DNA of 64,000 bases from Hormiphora californensis (lineage: Eukaryota; Animalia; Ctenophora), in assembly GCA_020137815.1 (NCBI GenBank), contig CM035351.1, positions 2,852,001-2,916,000 on the forward strand. Reading direction: 5' to 3'. Of the stretch, positions 50,660 through 64,000 are shown one piece after another. Each line of letters begins with the position of its first letter. The stretch's first letter is position 1. The position numbers and the translations under genes are program-made. The notes under the pieces were generated by a model. It worked only from the letters and a program-made list of their open reading frames with translations. It made no database searches and was not told the DNA's origin.

Positions 50660-53600
50660 GAAAGAGAGAAAGAGAGGGAGAGAGAGGGAGAGAGAGAGAG
50701 AGAGAAAGAGAGCGAGAATTAGTAACTCCATGGGAATTGGCTGCAGTATCTAGGGTAGTAACGGATGTGACTCTAACCAGCAGTGCAAGGGATCAACATT
50801 CGATAGCATCATGTTAACTATGTGATTGTCGTAGTGATACATTATTTGGGAGTCATATAACGTAAAGTAAACAATCAAACAGCTAATCAAACAGCTAAAC
50901 AAACAATTAATCAATTAAACAAACAGTTAATCAATAAAACAAACATACCTGCTCGTCGGTAGAGTCCCAGTCCATGACGGTGATGATATCACCAGTAGCA
51001 AAACTCAGCTCATCATCATCCACAGCAGCATACTCGTGAATACACTCAACTGTAGTACCTGCCTCCACCTTGAAGGTCGGGGAGAAGGGCGTCACTGAAC
51101 TCTCGTTACCTGGGTGAGAGGGAGGGAGTGTTAAACAAGTGGGAGCAAGAGTGGACCAGGCCCTTTCTCAAGCTGCTCAGAGGCTGTCTGGCGCCGACCC
51201 GATCTGAGCGCACTGTTGAGAATCTAAATGTGGTCTCAGAGGAAGGGCCTGGTACAGGATGGACAACGCAAAACAAGTTCTATAAGTAGTAGGGGCGTAG
51301 CTTTTGTGCTTTATATTTTGTGCTTTTTACATTGATTTTACAGAGGATTATTTAGTAGCTGCTAGGTTGGTGATATGGATTTTATTTTGATCTTTAATTC
51401 CTGCTTTGATGCCCCAAACGGGTATTTTTAGCTCCATACCCACGTCCTCGCTCTTCTCGCAACACTGCGAGCAGAGCGAGGAAGGGTCATGGGGGATAAA
51501 ACGAGTGAATATACAGTGAATATACAATTTGGGCTCCAACAATATCCCTTCTTAAATTCCCTTAAAAGCTGCGGAAATCCCAGATATCGACACGTAGGCA
51601 CTGACCCAGCTGTGCCTCCATAGCCAGAATACTATCCGTCTCATCCCCCTCCTCCTTCGTCTCAGCTGCAACTTCTTCACTATGTACAATGTCTCCATTC
51701 TCAACAACTTCTTCCTCCTTCTTCTTCTCTTCTTGAGTCTCCTCCTCGGCCTCTTCTTGGATCACAACATTTTGTTCCTCCACCGGGGAGGCTGGTTTGG
51801 GTGTCAGGGGGATCTCGGTCTCGGTCTCGATAGGAGCTGCCACGGGAGATGATTTGGAGCTTCGAGGAGAGGGCTTTAGCGGTGGTGCTGCAGAAGAGTG
51901 GGGATGGGGTGAATCTTTGAAATGTGAATGTAATGAAATATATGACGATGAGAATTTATATTGAGACAATAAGTTGATCTTCTTGAACATCTTTATACGG
52001 ATTAGCTGAACATTTAGAACAGAATCAGCACAAGAAGGATTGAAACATGCGATAGACAGAGAAGGGGTGCATACCAGGGCCGGTATAGAGATGAAACTCT
52101 TCATCTGAAGAAATGGGGCAGTTTAGGGCAGAACAACCCTCTTTTTACAGCATTTAATGTGCGGGTAAGGGATGCAAGAGAAAGATAGATTGGAAGTTGT
52201 TATCTTTTTTAGTCCTCCCAATGAGAGGACTAAAAAAAGATAACAACGATGTGATCTGTTTACCTATGTCACTGGCTCCTGAAGTTTCATTCTCCTTCTT
52301 GACCGGGGTCTGAATGAAAATAATGTTTTCCATGAGTGTCAATGTTGTAGCTTGTTTGTACGTGTGTTTGTTTGGTCGATTGTTTGTTTTTGTAGGTCTG
52401 TTTGGAGCTGCGCTGGACTGTCTAATGTCTATACATAATATATTTTCTGGTTTGCACACAATCGATTTCTCGTTTTGAGTGAATGGGGATGCAATAGTGA
52501 ACTGTCTTGTCTTGTGTAAGATACAATAGTGAACTGTCTTGTCTTGTGTAAGATACAATAGTGAACTGTCTAGTGTCACAACCTACCACGGGAGAAGCTT
52601 TAGCGGCATCTAAAAAAAGGGGGGAATATAATATTAGTATACCTGTCCAAATAACAGACGTCTTGTTGTCTGGGGTCTTAGCTGGTTCTACAGCTGTTAA
52701 TCTTTGGTTTGTCTGGTCGTTTGTCCGCTGCTTTGTCTGTTCGTTTGTCTGTTGTCTTTTTGAACCTGATTCTAGGATATCAGGGTAGTTGATGGAAATC
52801 GATATACCATTTGTCTCCATTTGCATTCATGAGACAGAAAACACCACTATGAATCGCAGGGAGAATTGTCTATAAATTCACTACTTACTGGATGCTGTGT
52901 AGACGTTGGCTTGCTGCGTTGGAACAACATATGGGTCAGCGGCAATACTGAAACAGGGAAAATTGGGGTTAACTATAGAATTTTCGATATTTTGTGGGAC
53001 AGTTGGAGGGGTTGTAGCGGAAAGATGTGTAGTGTAGGGATCTATCAATAGTGTTACGTTTCATAATGTCTGTCTAGATATCTGTCACTGAGTCTGTGAC
53101 ACTGTTGTCTGCTGCTATCATGTCTCGTTAGCTGTCTCTCTAGCTCTGCTAGGCTCATATATGGACCTTCTTTCAATCTGCCATACATTAGTAAGCAACG
53201 ATTTTCAAACTTTATAACTTCAAACAAATTAATTTGAGTTCTGAAGGAGGCATAGACGCCGAAACTGTCAAATACATATAATGTGTACAATTCAAGGTCG
53301 CCGGTATTCCATCCTTCTATTAACTGATAGCATGTTAACTAAATGTTAAAAACGCTACCTATCTGTACGTGTCGTGTTAGGACTAGCAGGGGTCCGTGTT
53401 CTGTAGTAGTATATTGGGGAAGTTCGGCCCTTAGTAGAGCCTGCTGCCTGAAGTTTTAACAACTTTTCTGCACACTCAATTCTCTGTCTATTCCTACATA
53501 CCAAGATAGGTTGTTATACTTATTGAGTGTTAACTAGGCACTACAATACTAACAAGCACAGTTATACACGAGAGAGAAAGTGAGAGAGACCCACTCTCTA

Positions 53601-56600
53601 CCTAGCACGAAGCCTAGATTACGTAGTCTGTCCGTGGGGTGTACCTCCTACGACCAGATAATCCAGGTGCCCGTGGATAGGCCGCTACTGGTAGTAGATC
53701 GATTGTTAACCGACCAAGGTCTACAGCCCTCTGGCTGTCCCCCTGGCCTTGGTCTGTAAACTATGTCGGTCAGTGGGACTGTTTTCTAAAACCGTGACAG
53801 AGAATTATGTGTTGGGAGCGTGGTAAAGTGCGCGCCATCGCGCGAAGAATACGACATCAGGGCGGTCGCGCGTTACGTCAAGTTGGGGCTGTTCTTACTT
53901 TGACATTGACTGTGGGACGGGCTCTTCTTTCTTCGTCTTCCTAATGGCACCCATAGAGAGGCTCCTCTTGAAACTGGAGGGGGAATGGAGATCATTATCA
54001 CTACATAGTGAGGTGTAGAACTATCTGTAAATCAGGTGTGCGTATCAGGTATAAAATGTCATCGGAACCGAATGAAATCACGGCAAGAGAAAACCACATG
54101 ATAATTATATTTTGACCTCAGCTAATAATACTGTGACGATATGAGGTAATGGCTTTGGGTTTTAGGTTCTAATGGAGTAACATCCATGTAGGAAGTGCCA
54201 CATACACAACACCGTTTTACTATTTATTAATCTTGTTTTCATTAGGTCCTCCCTGGTGGGAGGTGAGCCCAGCCCCGAGGTACTGCAATACGGGGAGGAC
54301 TCGTGGTCTGGCTGAAGCAAGCTTCACATCCAAGACCGGATTCCAAAAATCAATTTAATATTGAAACAGTACGATGTACTGTGTATCAGATATTAAACTG
54401 ATAAGAACAGATACTACACTTGATCTTAGCCAAAAGGCCGAGAAGCGATACCTGACCAATGCTGGTCATGCTTCTTAACATTTCGAATAGAAACTTTCCT
54501 TGTGTTCTACTTGAGAATTTAGCTCTCCCATTTCTTCCTTGGAAATGCTTCCTAAATTGCTAAGTGGTTCTCTAAAAGCTTCCTCATAACATATTTGCTA
54601 CGCTAAAGTGGTTTGCGTATATAATAAAGTGTTGCTTTCGGTTCTAGCAAGTGTGAGGCATCAAGCATACATTATACACTTACCCCTCCCTACCTACCTC
54701 TCTCTCAGTGTCCCTCTCTTTCTCTGTACTCCCCTCTCTCGCTCTCGCTTTGTGCACGATTGATACTTCCTGCCCCCTACTGTGTCCCCACCCCTACCAT
54801 GCCCCCTCCCACCCTACCATGTCCCATACACAGCACAGCGGTATCATGTATAACACGTGGTATTATTATAACACACAGCCGCGGATATAGCTGATAGCAT
54901 GGATGACTACCTTCCTGTTCTTCATGGCTTGTTGCAGTATACTATTTTCCACTATGAAAACAAACTAATGCTACAACTGTTTCTCTATGTCACTCACTTT
55001 CCATCTCTCTCTCTATGTATCGCTATGCATCTCTCTCTATGTATCGCTATGTATCTCTCCCCAAGAACTCTCTCACTCCATCACTGCAGCAGTACCTCTG
55101 TGTTCATGGAAGTGCATGGGAAGTCTCAGGACTTTACCATGTCAAGAAGGAGTGACACCCTGTGTGTGTGTAGTTCATAATGATGGCAGTTGAACAAAGT
55201 ATCATGTGAATTGTGCTGCTTGTCTGTGTGTGGAAGGATATGTTTGTTTGTTTGTCACTCACCCGCCGCCTCCTCCATTGCTCTTTCGGAAACTCTTTCG
55301 CAGGCTCTGTCGCTTGAATCTGGCAAATAGGGATTCATTACACCTAGGATTGGGGGGAAGTCATGTCAGTCTGTCAGTTCGTTCGTCCGTCGTCATAGTC
55401 ACTTTTTCAGATTCTGAGTTACTGTGTTATCATTAGGGGTTATGTGTTAGTCAATGTTAGTTAACAATTAACATACTTCCTCGCGTTATCGCTAATAATA
55501 AAGAACCGTTCCACGTTTCCAATTTGTCGTGTGGAGGGAGGATCACCTCGAATAGACTCTTTCAGGGGCTCAACTGCTGCATGACACTCTGAATACACCT
55601 GAAAGGGAGAGTTTAGAGAGAGTCTGAAATACTCAGATCTTGTTTTTTGAGGGAAATATTGAGTTTATTTTCGTCTCACCTGAGAGAACTCCTTGCTGTA
55701 TCCCACATTTTGCTCAAAGAAAGTATCAAGGAATCGAGAAATGAAGGGTTTCCGACTGAAAGGAAAGAGGGGATTAAAAAGTCGGATTTGATAAATAGTC
55801 CCAACCCCCGGCAGAAAATGAGGCTAATAAACAGCTATCCAATAACCCCCCGCCCTCCCCCCCCCCCCTCGTCCCAGATCCTGGTATAGCTTGGTACGAG
55901 GTGCCCCATATCATTATTCTTTGTTTTCACAACTAATGTACCTAACTCATTTTAGAACAGCCTCAATCCTCATAAAGTATATTGAGACTTGAGAGTTTTA
56001 GAGAGGGATAAATTGAGGGACGGATAGAGGGATATAGAGGGGAGTAAGAAGGAGATGTAGAAAGTATAAATTGAGCATGACGAAAAGACAACATCTCTCT
56101 CTCTCTCTCTTCGTGACGGTAGAGGTGCATAAAGTAATGACATTTTATGTGCTCCCAGTGCCGCAACTGCCTAGCCACTAATACCATTACGCTCTACCTC
56201 TGATTGAATCTGCCTACGTATAAATACAACTTACAACCGATTCAATACCTGTCTCTTTCTCTCTTTCTACGAACTAAACCACCTTTTTTCGGTAGAATTT
56301 TTCTTTTCTTAGCTTTTCTCTCCTTCTTATTCTTCTCTTTTATTCTTTTGTCAATCTAATTTTAGATTTAATAATTTAAAGGTGAGATCACTTCTGGCTG
56401 ACGACCGAGGAAAAAACAAAATCATGATGATGCAGGCACTTTTTTGTGCTTTTTCACAATTTGGTCAGATCATCTGGTGTTTCCGTGAGTCAGGAAATTG
56501 CACAACTAACTGTCCTACGATGTTACGCCTTTACATTTGACCACACAGCATTGAAGAAAAGGAGGCAGGGAGATAGAGAGAGAGATATATACATAGAGAG

Positions 56601-56842
56601 GGGAAAGAGAAGGGGAGACAGAGAGAGGGAAAGATAGAGATGGAGGATGAGAGAGGGGAAGAGAGGGAAAGAGAGGAGATATAAATCGATGACATAATTT
56701 CTCACGGTGTTTCCTAATCATTTCAGCTGTTGACTAAGTAGAAAACGAGGTGAATTGCCTTGGTAATTGCTTTGTACCTGTGTCCTAATTTAGAGCAAGA
56801 AAATTGCACAGAAATTGAGAAAGAATGAGAAAAAGTTAGAAC

Positions 56843-56896
<54 letters not shown>

Positions 56897-59859
56897 GAGA
56901 GAGAGAAAGGAAGGGAGAACAGTAAGAGAATTGAGAAAGATGTGTGTATAGTAGAAAAGGGGTTGTACTTATAATGCCACAGTAATTAGTACCTGCTCAG
57001 AAAATCTGAAGGGCGAATTGACAAATGTGGACACACTCAACTTAAAACGAGAGAGTGTAGGAAATTTGATGATATTACACACCAGGCAGGGATAACGACA
57101 TGATAGTTATAGGGAAACGATATCTTGGAATTCAGCTTGTTCTAGAAGCCTGCTTGTAAGGAGGCATGCCTGTGAGAGACTGTGCTGAAAATTGAAATGC
57201 CCTGCAATGAATATTGGCAAGGATAAAACTGAACATTCTAGTTAAATTCTTTCAGCACTTTTATTGGCAATCAAAATCCCAAGGTAATGGCTAAATTCTC
57301 CATTTCCATTTGGTGACGCAGTCACCCCTCCACTAGCAGCCGCGAAGAGGGGATTGTATCACCAACACTTCTATTCTTTCTGTAAAAATTGACTGCTTCA
57401 TTGCACTAAATGTAGTGCCAGAATGTTCAATAATGTGCAATATTCCCATGTGTGTGACAGGTGTCCACTCAATTGAACTCGGTAGGGGTCTACAATGTGT
57501 GTACATGTGGAGGGATCAGAGAGATCAGAGAGAGTCAAAGATTAAAGGATGTAAGTAAAGTCAATCAAAAATCTCTCCATCAAGTTGGATTGGAATTTAG
57601 TGCATATTCTCACAGCTCCAAATTCTGTGACGAACATAACAACTCTCTACAGATTCTCCACTCCGTTCTATTTTCTAAGATCTCCATTCCATTCCTAAAA
57701 CAATCACATGCACAACCACGCCCTTCCACTATCCACAACCCTATCTGTACGTGCTCACACATACCTTTCCTATCTTACTACAACACTCTCCCCTGTCCCC
57801 CAAAACCCCCACTTTTCTATTGCTAAGTGCTATCCTTCCACACATACCTGTCCCAAAACTGGGGTAGATCTTCAGCTAGCTCATTGTTAACTTCCTCGTA
57901 GATCATTTTGTGTTCTGTGAATTCCTCCTGAAACATGTTTTGTTTAGGAAATTTCTTATTGCGAGCTATCACGATCAATATTGGTAGGTCTATAGACGGT
58001 AGCTGTACCCCACGCTGTAGCCCCATCTATAATCTGTCTCTGGGGTTTAGAAGGTGGTGGGGGGCTCCCGGCTCAACCATAACCCCAGTGGCCAGACAGA
58101 CAGCAGTACCCGGCGGGGGTTTCAAAATTCAATTACCTGTGCCAATCCAAGTTTCTCGTGGGATATCTTATCACCCTTTTTTAGTGTGTCAAGGTTTCGT
58201 TTACATCTGGTGTAGTCGAGTAATTTGCGTTCTCGTTTGTTCATTCGCTCCTGAAGAGGCAATTCTAGTGACAACTGATATGGCATTGGGAGAGTGAGGG
58301 AGTGAGAGAGAGAAAGAGAAAGGAGGAAAGAGGAGCGGAAGTAAGCGAATAAGGGGTAGATAAGATGAGAGAGAGTTGGACTAATTTAAGAGTAAGACGT
58401 GGAAGGGTGTCGTATGACGGTTGATTTCCTTACGTACTGCAGTTATAGACACACACACACACACACACACGTCACACAAGTGTGTAATAATCTGCAACTA
58501 CTACTACCTACAGTTCCCAAAACTTCACAGTGAGTAAAACATACATCACTGGCAAAGTCCCAACTTCTTAATAATCAGAAACACACAGTTCACACCTGTA
58601 CCCTAGTTATCGAGCAAGACAAACAAAAATACCTTGATTTCAGGGAAGGTTTCCACGTAGTTATTAACGGGTACTAGCAGGGTATCCACCATAGAGTTAC
58701 TAAGCTCCATGTTCAACTTTTCTAAACTCTGAAAAGAAGGAGGATGAGGTTAGGGTGATGTGGTTAAATAGAGAGTTGTTAGGGAACTCTGGATGGGAGT
58801 GAAGAGGTTATACAGATGTTAGAGAGAAAGAGAGAGGGAGGAGATTAGAGCGAGGAAGTGGTTAGGGAAATGGTGATGTCTGGAAACCACTTCCTAGTTT
58901 CGATATTACCACCGTAACCACTACAATAAATTAGGACATGATATAGAGCAATGGCTGAATTCCCTAAGGAGATGGATCTGTCAGCAGAGTCATGAATCTG
59001 GTTATATTACTAGGTGATACTACCCACCCTGTCTGTCACTTTGTGCCTTTTTTCTAGCAGTATTTTTCAATAGAATGGGTGTGTTTTGTAACCTCTTATT
59101 TCAATAGCTTGTACAGAACCCAAACAACTGTTGTACACATGACACTACCTATGTTACCTGGAGACACTACACATCACACTACCTATGTTGACCCACACAT
59201 AATATATCAACTGCATATGTTTTTTGACAACATAGCACTGTTTGTAGTGTGCACAAACAAACACCCGCCCTTCTGCAACCCGCCCTTCTGCCAGCCGCCC
59301 TTCTAGGCTAGTGTGGTTAGAATACTGTTCTGAGCGGGTCTACATGTGGTTTGATTGCTCAAAACAAAAACAGTTGAAGAGCATAGGAAGCAGGAACCGA
59401 CCGAACCAAGTAAACAACCAATCAGAACTCGTTATTTAGGTCACGTGACTGGTTATCAGCCAATCAGGGACCAGTATTTCCTGATTCGGTCGGTTCCTGA
59501 TAGAAAGGCAATGGGAGCAATGCTCATGAGCGGGGCAATATCATCACTATTACCTGTAAGGCCTTGACGAGGTTCATGTTACCAGGCCATGTGAACTCGT
59601 GCATCTCTCGTACTACCTCCATCAGACTATGGGCTGATCCCTCCATTGCTGAGGGGAGAGAATAGAGAGGTTAGTTGTCTCTCAAAAGATTGCACTCTCC
59701 GAACCGGGGTCATGCAGTATGACAAGGGGTCAGTGATATGATGAGATAAAGAGGTTAGGGATGAGCCATCTCATGAGTTATAGAATGGGGAAGAGAACAT
59801 GTGGTTAGAAATGCGAGCGAGAGAGGGGTTATGAACGCGAGAGAAAGGGATGAAAGAGA

Positions 59860-59951
<92 letters not shown>

Positions 59952-61247
59952 ATCTATGCTATATGTGTGTGTGTGTGTCACATATATAACTGGGTATCAT
60001 GTTGATCAGATTGCTTGCTGAGTTGTATCACACAATGACACACACACACATACACAACGACACACGACACGCCCACATACAAACACGGATAACACCAAAG
60101 ACTGCCCCAGAGTGATAGGTGATCTACAACTCTGGCTCATGCAACTCATAGAATCTATGACTATGGAGTGTTACACAATGTTATGTGTGGGGGACGGGGT
60201 GTTACATGAGCGGGGGCGGGTGTGTGTTACACAATCGTTGTGATTAAAGCACTATCATCAAATATGATATATGCCGTCCTTGTGTGAATATTTGGAGGCA
60301 TATAACATGGAGTGACTAATGGTCCCCCTGGATGACCCCCCACAAGGGACCCCCCCCCCCACAAGGGACCTCCCTCCCACAAGGGTGTCTGTACACATTG
60401 TCATGGCAATGATGATTGTGCGGTACACATGTGGGTGTGATGGCAATATATGCATGTGAGAGAGAGAGAGACAGGGAATTTCTCTGACTTTCCCTATCAC
60501 CCATCTATCTCTCTCCCCCTCTCTCCATGCAGTTGCAGCTGCATGTCTCACTTCTCTCTGTCAGCAAGTGTGTGTGTGCTTTTTATAGTGTGAGAGTGCC
60601 AGACCAGTCAACGAATAAACGCAGTAATACAATTAATATCTTTCTAACTTTTTAGCGAGGCGATGTAGCCCTTTACTTCTCTATGCAGCTTCAGTGCTAA
60701 CGCCTGAAATGGAAGGAGTCGTTAGTTAGTGAAAATAAAAACCTGTTAGAAATAAAACTGGTGTAAAGGGAAATGTGATAGTTCGAGAAAGGCGTGAAGT
60801 AGGAATCGGATAATAATATGCAAAGAGATAAATAACTCTTCCGTCACAGTGATAAGAAGAATTGCAACAAGAGGCTTGTGGCCCACAAGTTGTGGGTAAT
60901 TATATCAACAACTGTACACTTCTCAGGTTGTACCAGATGTTGTGCGGGTGAAAGAGTACCACTCTGCACGTAATTGTTCATACTTTCTTCGGAGCACAGG
61001 ACACAGTGTCAAGCGACTGAAACCACTGCACGTGTATAACAGCACACCAGGGAATGTTATATGTGTGTAACTCTCTCTCTCTCACCTGTTGTCTGTTGAA
61101 GTTAGCAACATGAACCTGCCACTTGTCATCCTTGACAATGATCGCCTCGGAAGACCGGCCGATTCTCTGTTTCAGTCTCTCATTAGTTCTACCAATGAAC
61201 TTCTTCGTCCCAACTTTAAACCTGTCAAGCTTGGATTCCTCCTGCAT
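49128..61247 (-). CDS. BIN1: Amphiphysin/BIN1-like N-BAR + SH3 protein, many exons
   Basis: N-BAR exons ([16 protein letters not shown]..., [62 protein letters not shown]) and SH3 exons ([25 protein letters not shown] / DEGWFMG...GAFPINYT at ~51110-50488). The middle exons, terminal exons and true start are less certain; AMPH vs BIN1 naming is not resolvable. Confidence 0.85.
49429..49510. repeat. Intronic minisatellite (GTGTGTTAACATTGGG)n
   Basis: 16-bp unit x5 next to an amphiphysin acceptor. Confidence 0.85.
51155..51253. mobile_element. Small MITE, ACCAGGCCCTT termini; related fragments near 33798-33832, 34600-34636, 48550-48610
   Basis: TIR ACCAGGCCCTT/AAGGGCCTGGT; the internal CTGTCTGGCGCCG motif recurs elsewhere in the window. 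Confidence 0.55.
53200..53238 (+). other. Spliced-leader-like exon sequence without a GT donor
   Basis: GATTTTCAAACTTTATAACTTCAAACAAATTAATTTGAG resembles the ctenophore SL as I recall it (ending ...AAACAAATTAATTTGAG); not checked against a database. Confidence 0.6.
54260..54449 (-). ncRNA. U2: U2 spliceosomal snRNA
   Basis: Reverse complement begins ATCGCTTCTCGGCCTTTTGGCTAAGATCAAGTGTAGTATCTGTTCTTATCAGTTTAATATCTGATA. It contains the Sm site AATTGATTTTTGG and the stem-loop IV loop TATTGCAGTAC; ~190 nt. Confidence 0.97.
59391..59499. mobile_element. 109-bp hAT-like MITE
   Basis: TIR CAGGAACCGACCGAA/TTCGGTCGGTTCCTG; 8-bp TSD ATAGGAAG/ATAGAAAG (1 mismatch). Confidence 0.85.
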
Positions 61248-62667
61248 ACTTGATTGGGACTCCTAAACAACAAGAACAAGAGTGTTATTTCCTGTCTAAA
61301 TAATGTGTTACAAGGGTACACTGTTAGCATAACACGCAAGGGGGTAGCAGCAGTAGGATGGGAGGATTTCGTAAAAACACAGGATTACTATGTGATCTCT
61401 GTATGTACTGTAACCGAGAGGGTATAACATATGGCAATTCAGAATGTTTACCACTACACCACATATATCGTATAACATACCATAGTAAACGGCGAATTGG
61501 ACAACTAAACAACAAGCGAAAGAAATAAAACTGTTTGAGACTGGCGACTCCCTATGCACGGCTTTCTATAAAAGATAAACCTAATTTACGACAAGATGCA
61601 AGGAACTGTACGGTGTTGTGCTATATTTGTCATATTCATGTCTTTTTTGAATGTTCCACACGACCGGTTGCAAATATAACCGCTAGACGGAGACCGTGCA
61701 TAAATTGAAATGAAACGGTGCATTTCAGAAAAAGAAAGGAGGGAGGGAGAGAGAATAAACATAGACCACATTAAGAACATTCAGAAATTAGCAGTCAATG
61801 GTCCAACAATGTTGAACCAGCTTGTATTGTTCATACTATTATTTTTTTAATAAAATCCCGGCGGGGGGGGGGGCGCGGGGGAGGTGCAACAGCACAAGAA
61901 CCAGCATGACAGCTACAGATCAAAATGCTCCTGAAACAAGTCATAAGTCGCGCTGTCGACTAATTTGTTGTCAATGCCAGACTAAGCCACGAATTATTAT
62001 GCTACCAGATTTAAATCCGGTATCATTACTGATTACCAGTTCAGTGCACTGCCGTTCGCGTTAACTAGTGGATGCAATTCGGCCTCTTGCTGAAAAGGCC
62101 CTGTTGCTCATTCTCTGTCACTAATCACAGTAGAGAATTAAACGAGAATTAAACAGTATGAGATCACATCACACAGAGTGAACTGCTGGGTACTATGTGG
62201 GATCTGATCCTCGGTGGGGTGATCTGATCCTCGGATGAGGGATTTGATGATTGATCATAGGTATGGTGATCTGATGATCAGATTCTGATCTGTTTTGACG
62301 AGGGGAATTTTTTGCCTAATCAACATGCATCAGGTGGATACTGGATCATGCTTCACCCCTTTTCGCAGTATATAGTAGGATTGAGTTCAGTCGGCTTTGC
62401 CTGGCATCGGTTAAACAGTTTTGCCCGGTATGTATTTGGATGAAAAAGTATTACAGTGATGATTCCAATACAATGGATATTAAGAAAAGGAGCCTAAAGC
62501 TTATGGCCGAGCCACTGATCATTGATGATTGAGACTGGAAAGAAGCTGGGTTGGCAAACGTTGCTGGCCCCCTGTTCTGCGCCACGCGCAGCGCGGGATA
62601 AGGCAGCGCTTTTCAAGAAGCTGGGAAACAAAACTTGTGATTTTCGAAAACTTTTTGATTTTTGTTA

Positions 62668-62888
62668 TAGTCGGATTTTAAATAACTGTCGTTTTTTAGA
62701 GTTTTCAAATTTCTTTAAATGACCATAAGTCCGGTTCCTGATGAGATAGAGACTTGAAATTTGGAGGTTACGAAGATCTTGCTAAGTTCTTCCGAACCTC
62801 CAAATTTCAAGTCTCTATCTTATCAGGAATCGGAGATATGACAAATTTTGTTATTTCAGGGGTGCGACAGTTTCAAAAAATCCGACTT
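62668..62888. mobile_element. Palindromic MITE, TAGTCGGATTTT family
   Basis: AGTCGGATTTT..AACTGTCG / CGACAGTT..AAAATCCGACT ends with the same hairpin core. Confidence 0.65.
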
Positions 62889-64000
62889 TAAGAAAACCAA
62901 GTTGACGATTTAATTCACGCGATCGAATTTCAAGCGCGCGCATCGTGCGCATGGGAGTAAATGCGTTGCACATAAAATAAATATTGGCGCATTACATTTT
63001 AAAGTGCGTTTCAAACGACTTGACCTGAGATTCCTGGAAATTCAGGATTTCCCTTGGAATGCGCTGCAGCCCCCTCATGCGCGCACCCCCGCAACGATAT
63101 ATATTATTAGTAGGGTTTCTTAATTTCGCGCGCAGTAGTGAAATTCGTAAATGGATTTGCGCGTGCGAGTGCGCGGCTCTTTCTGAGCGAGAAGTTCGTC
63201 CAAAGCCGAGCCGAACCAAAAATGTTTCATTTCCACTTTGGTGGATTTTGATACGTTTGATCCGGACACTCTTCGCAATTTCTCTCTGATAAACTTGTAA
63301 TATATCGCTTCCCACAATTTGCTGCTTTTAAATCACTTCTTCCTCCTACTGGACAACTTCCTACCTTGGAGCCCCCTTCTGTACTTCTTCTAAAGTTTGG
63401 ACTTTGGCCTCTCCTGGGCACCTCTTTGCACCCTCCCTTATACCTGTTTGTACATCCTCCTTCCTGAGTCTTTGGTGTATCCTTTTGCCATCTGTGGTAC
63501 CTGCTTCTACATTCTCCCTCACTCCTGGGTAGTGGCCAGTGGGTATATCTTTCTGCTCTCTCTCCCTTGGCCCGGTTAACCTCTTCCTGCACTCTCCCCT
63601 TTCGGAGTACCACCTTCCCTCCGTACACTTCCTTCTGCACCCCAGCCCGGCCCTGGGTCTTTCCTTCTGCATTCTCTCTTGGCCCACCTTTCATGCACAC
63701 CCAGCACCCTTCCTCTTTATGGTACCTGCTTCTTCATCCCCTCCTGGGTACCTCCTTCAGCCTTCTGTACCCTTACTCCTTCATACCTGCTTCTACATCC
63801 TCCCCCTTTTGGGTAACTTCTTTTGCATCCCCCTTTTTGGTACCTACTTCTACATCGTCTCTCCTCGGTACCTACTTTTGAACCCTCCTTCCTTGTTACT
63901 ATACCTGTCCCCTCTATTTATAATTATCCTTTAATCCCTAAATTTCTTATTTATAACTGGATGTATTTAATAGTTTAATGCTGCAAACGGAAAACTTAAA

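Noticed and set aside
52491-52570. 32-bp tandem repeat x2.5
   Set aside because: Ordinary intronic slippage duplication.
63227-63934. Overlapping ORFs at the window end
   Set aside because: Degenerate pyrimidine-rich repeat (TACCTGCTTCTACATCCTCC-like units) that is stop-poor in several frames; no domain recognised.

Overview
Intron-rich animal genomic DNA. It is probably from a cydippid ctenophore (Pleurobrachia/Hormiphora-like), an inference from a spliced-leader-like sequence and a 109-bp MITE I recall from that group. Minus strand, left part: ATMIN/ASCIZ, SETD1, PIP5K1, MORN1 (partial). Plus strand: two tandem CD20/MS4A-like four-TM paralogues, KAT5/Tip60 and a CHST-type sulfotransferase. 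Right part: a minus-strand amphiphysin/BIN1 gene with an intact U2 snRNA gene in one intron. Non-coding DNA is rich in non-autonomous elements, many with visible TIRs/TSDs (Chapaev-like 1.34-kb palindrome, G-run foldbacks, Academ-, piggyBac- and hAT-like MITEs, a TRIM with identical LTRs, a tRNA-SINE, Helitron 3' ends). Main observations: (1) every gene has a splice acceptor just before its ATG, suggesting SL trans-splicing; (2) ATMIN and SETD1 are only ~156 bp apart once a transposon is removed, a candidate operon; (3) an SL-like exon is fused directly to a hammerhead-ribozyme-like motif; (4) all seven coding frameshifts read as a codon plus a second synonymous wobble base, most likely a heterozygosity/consensus artefact. 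Exon coordinates were read by eye and are approximate.
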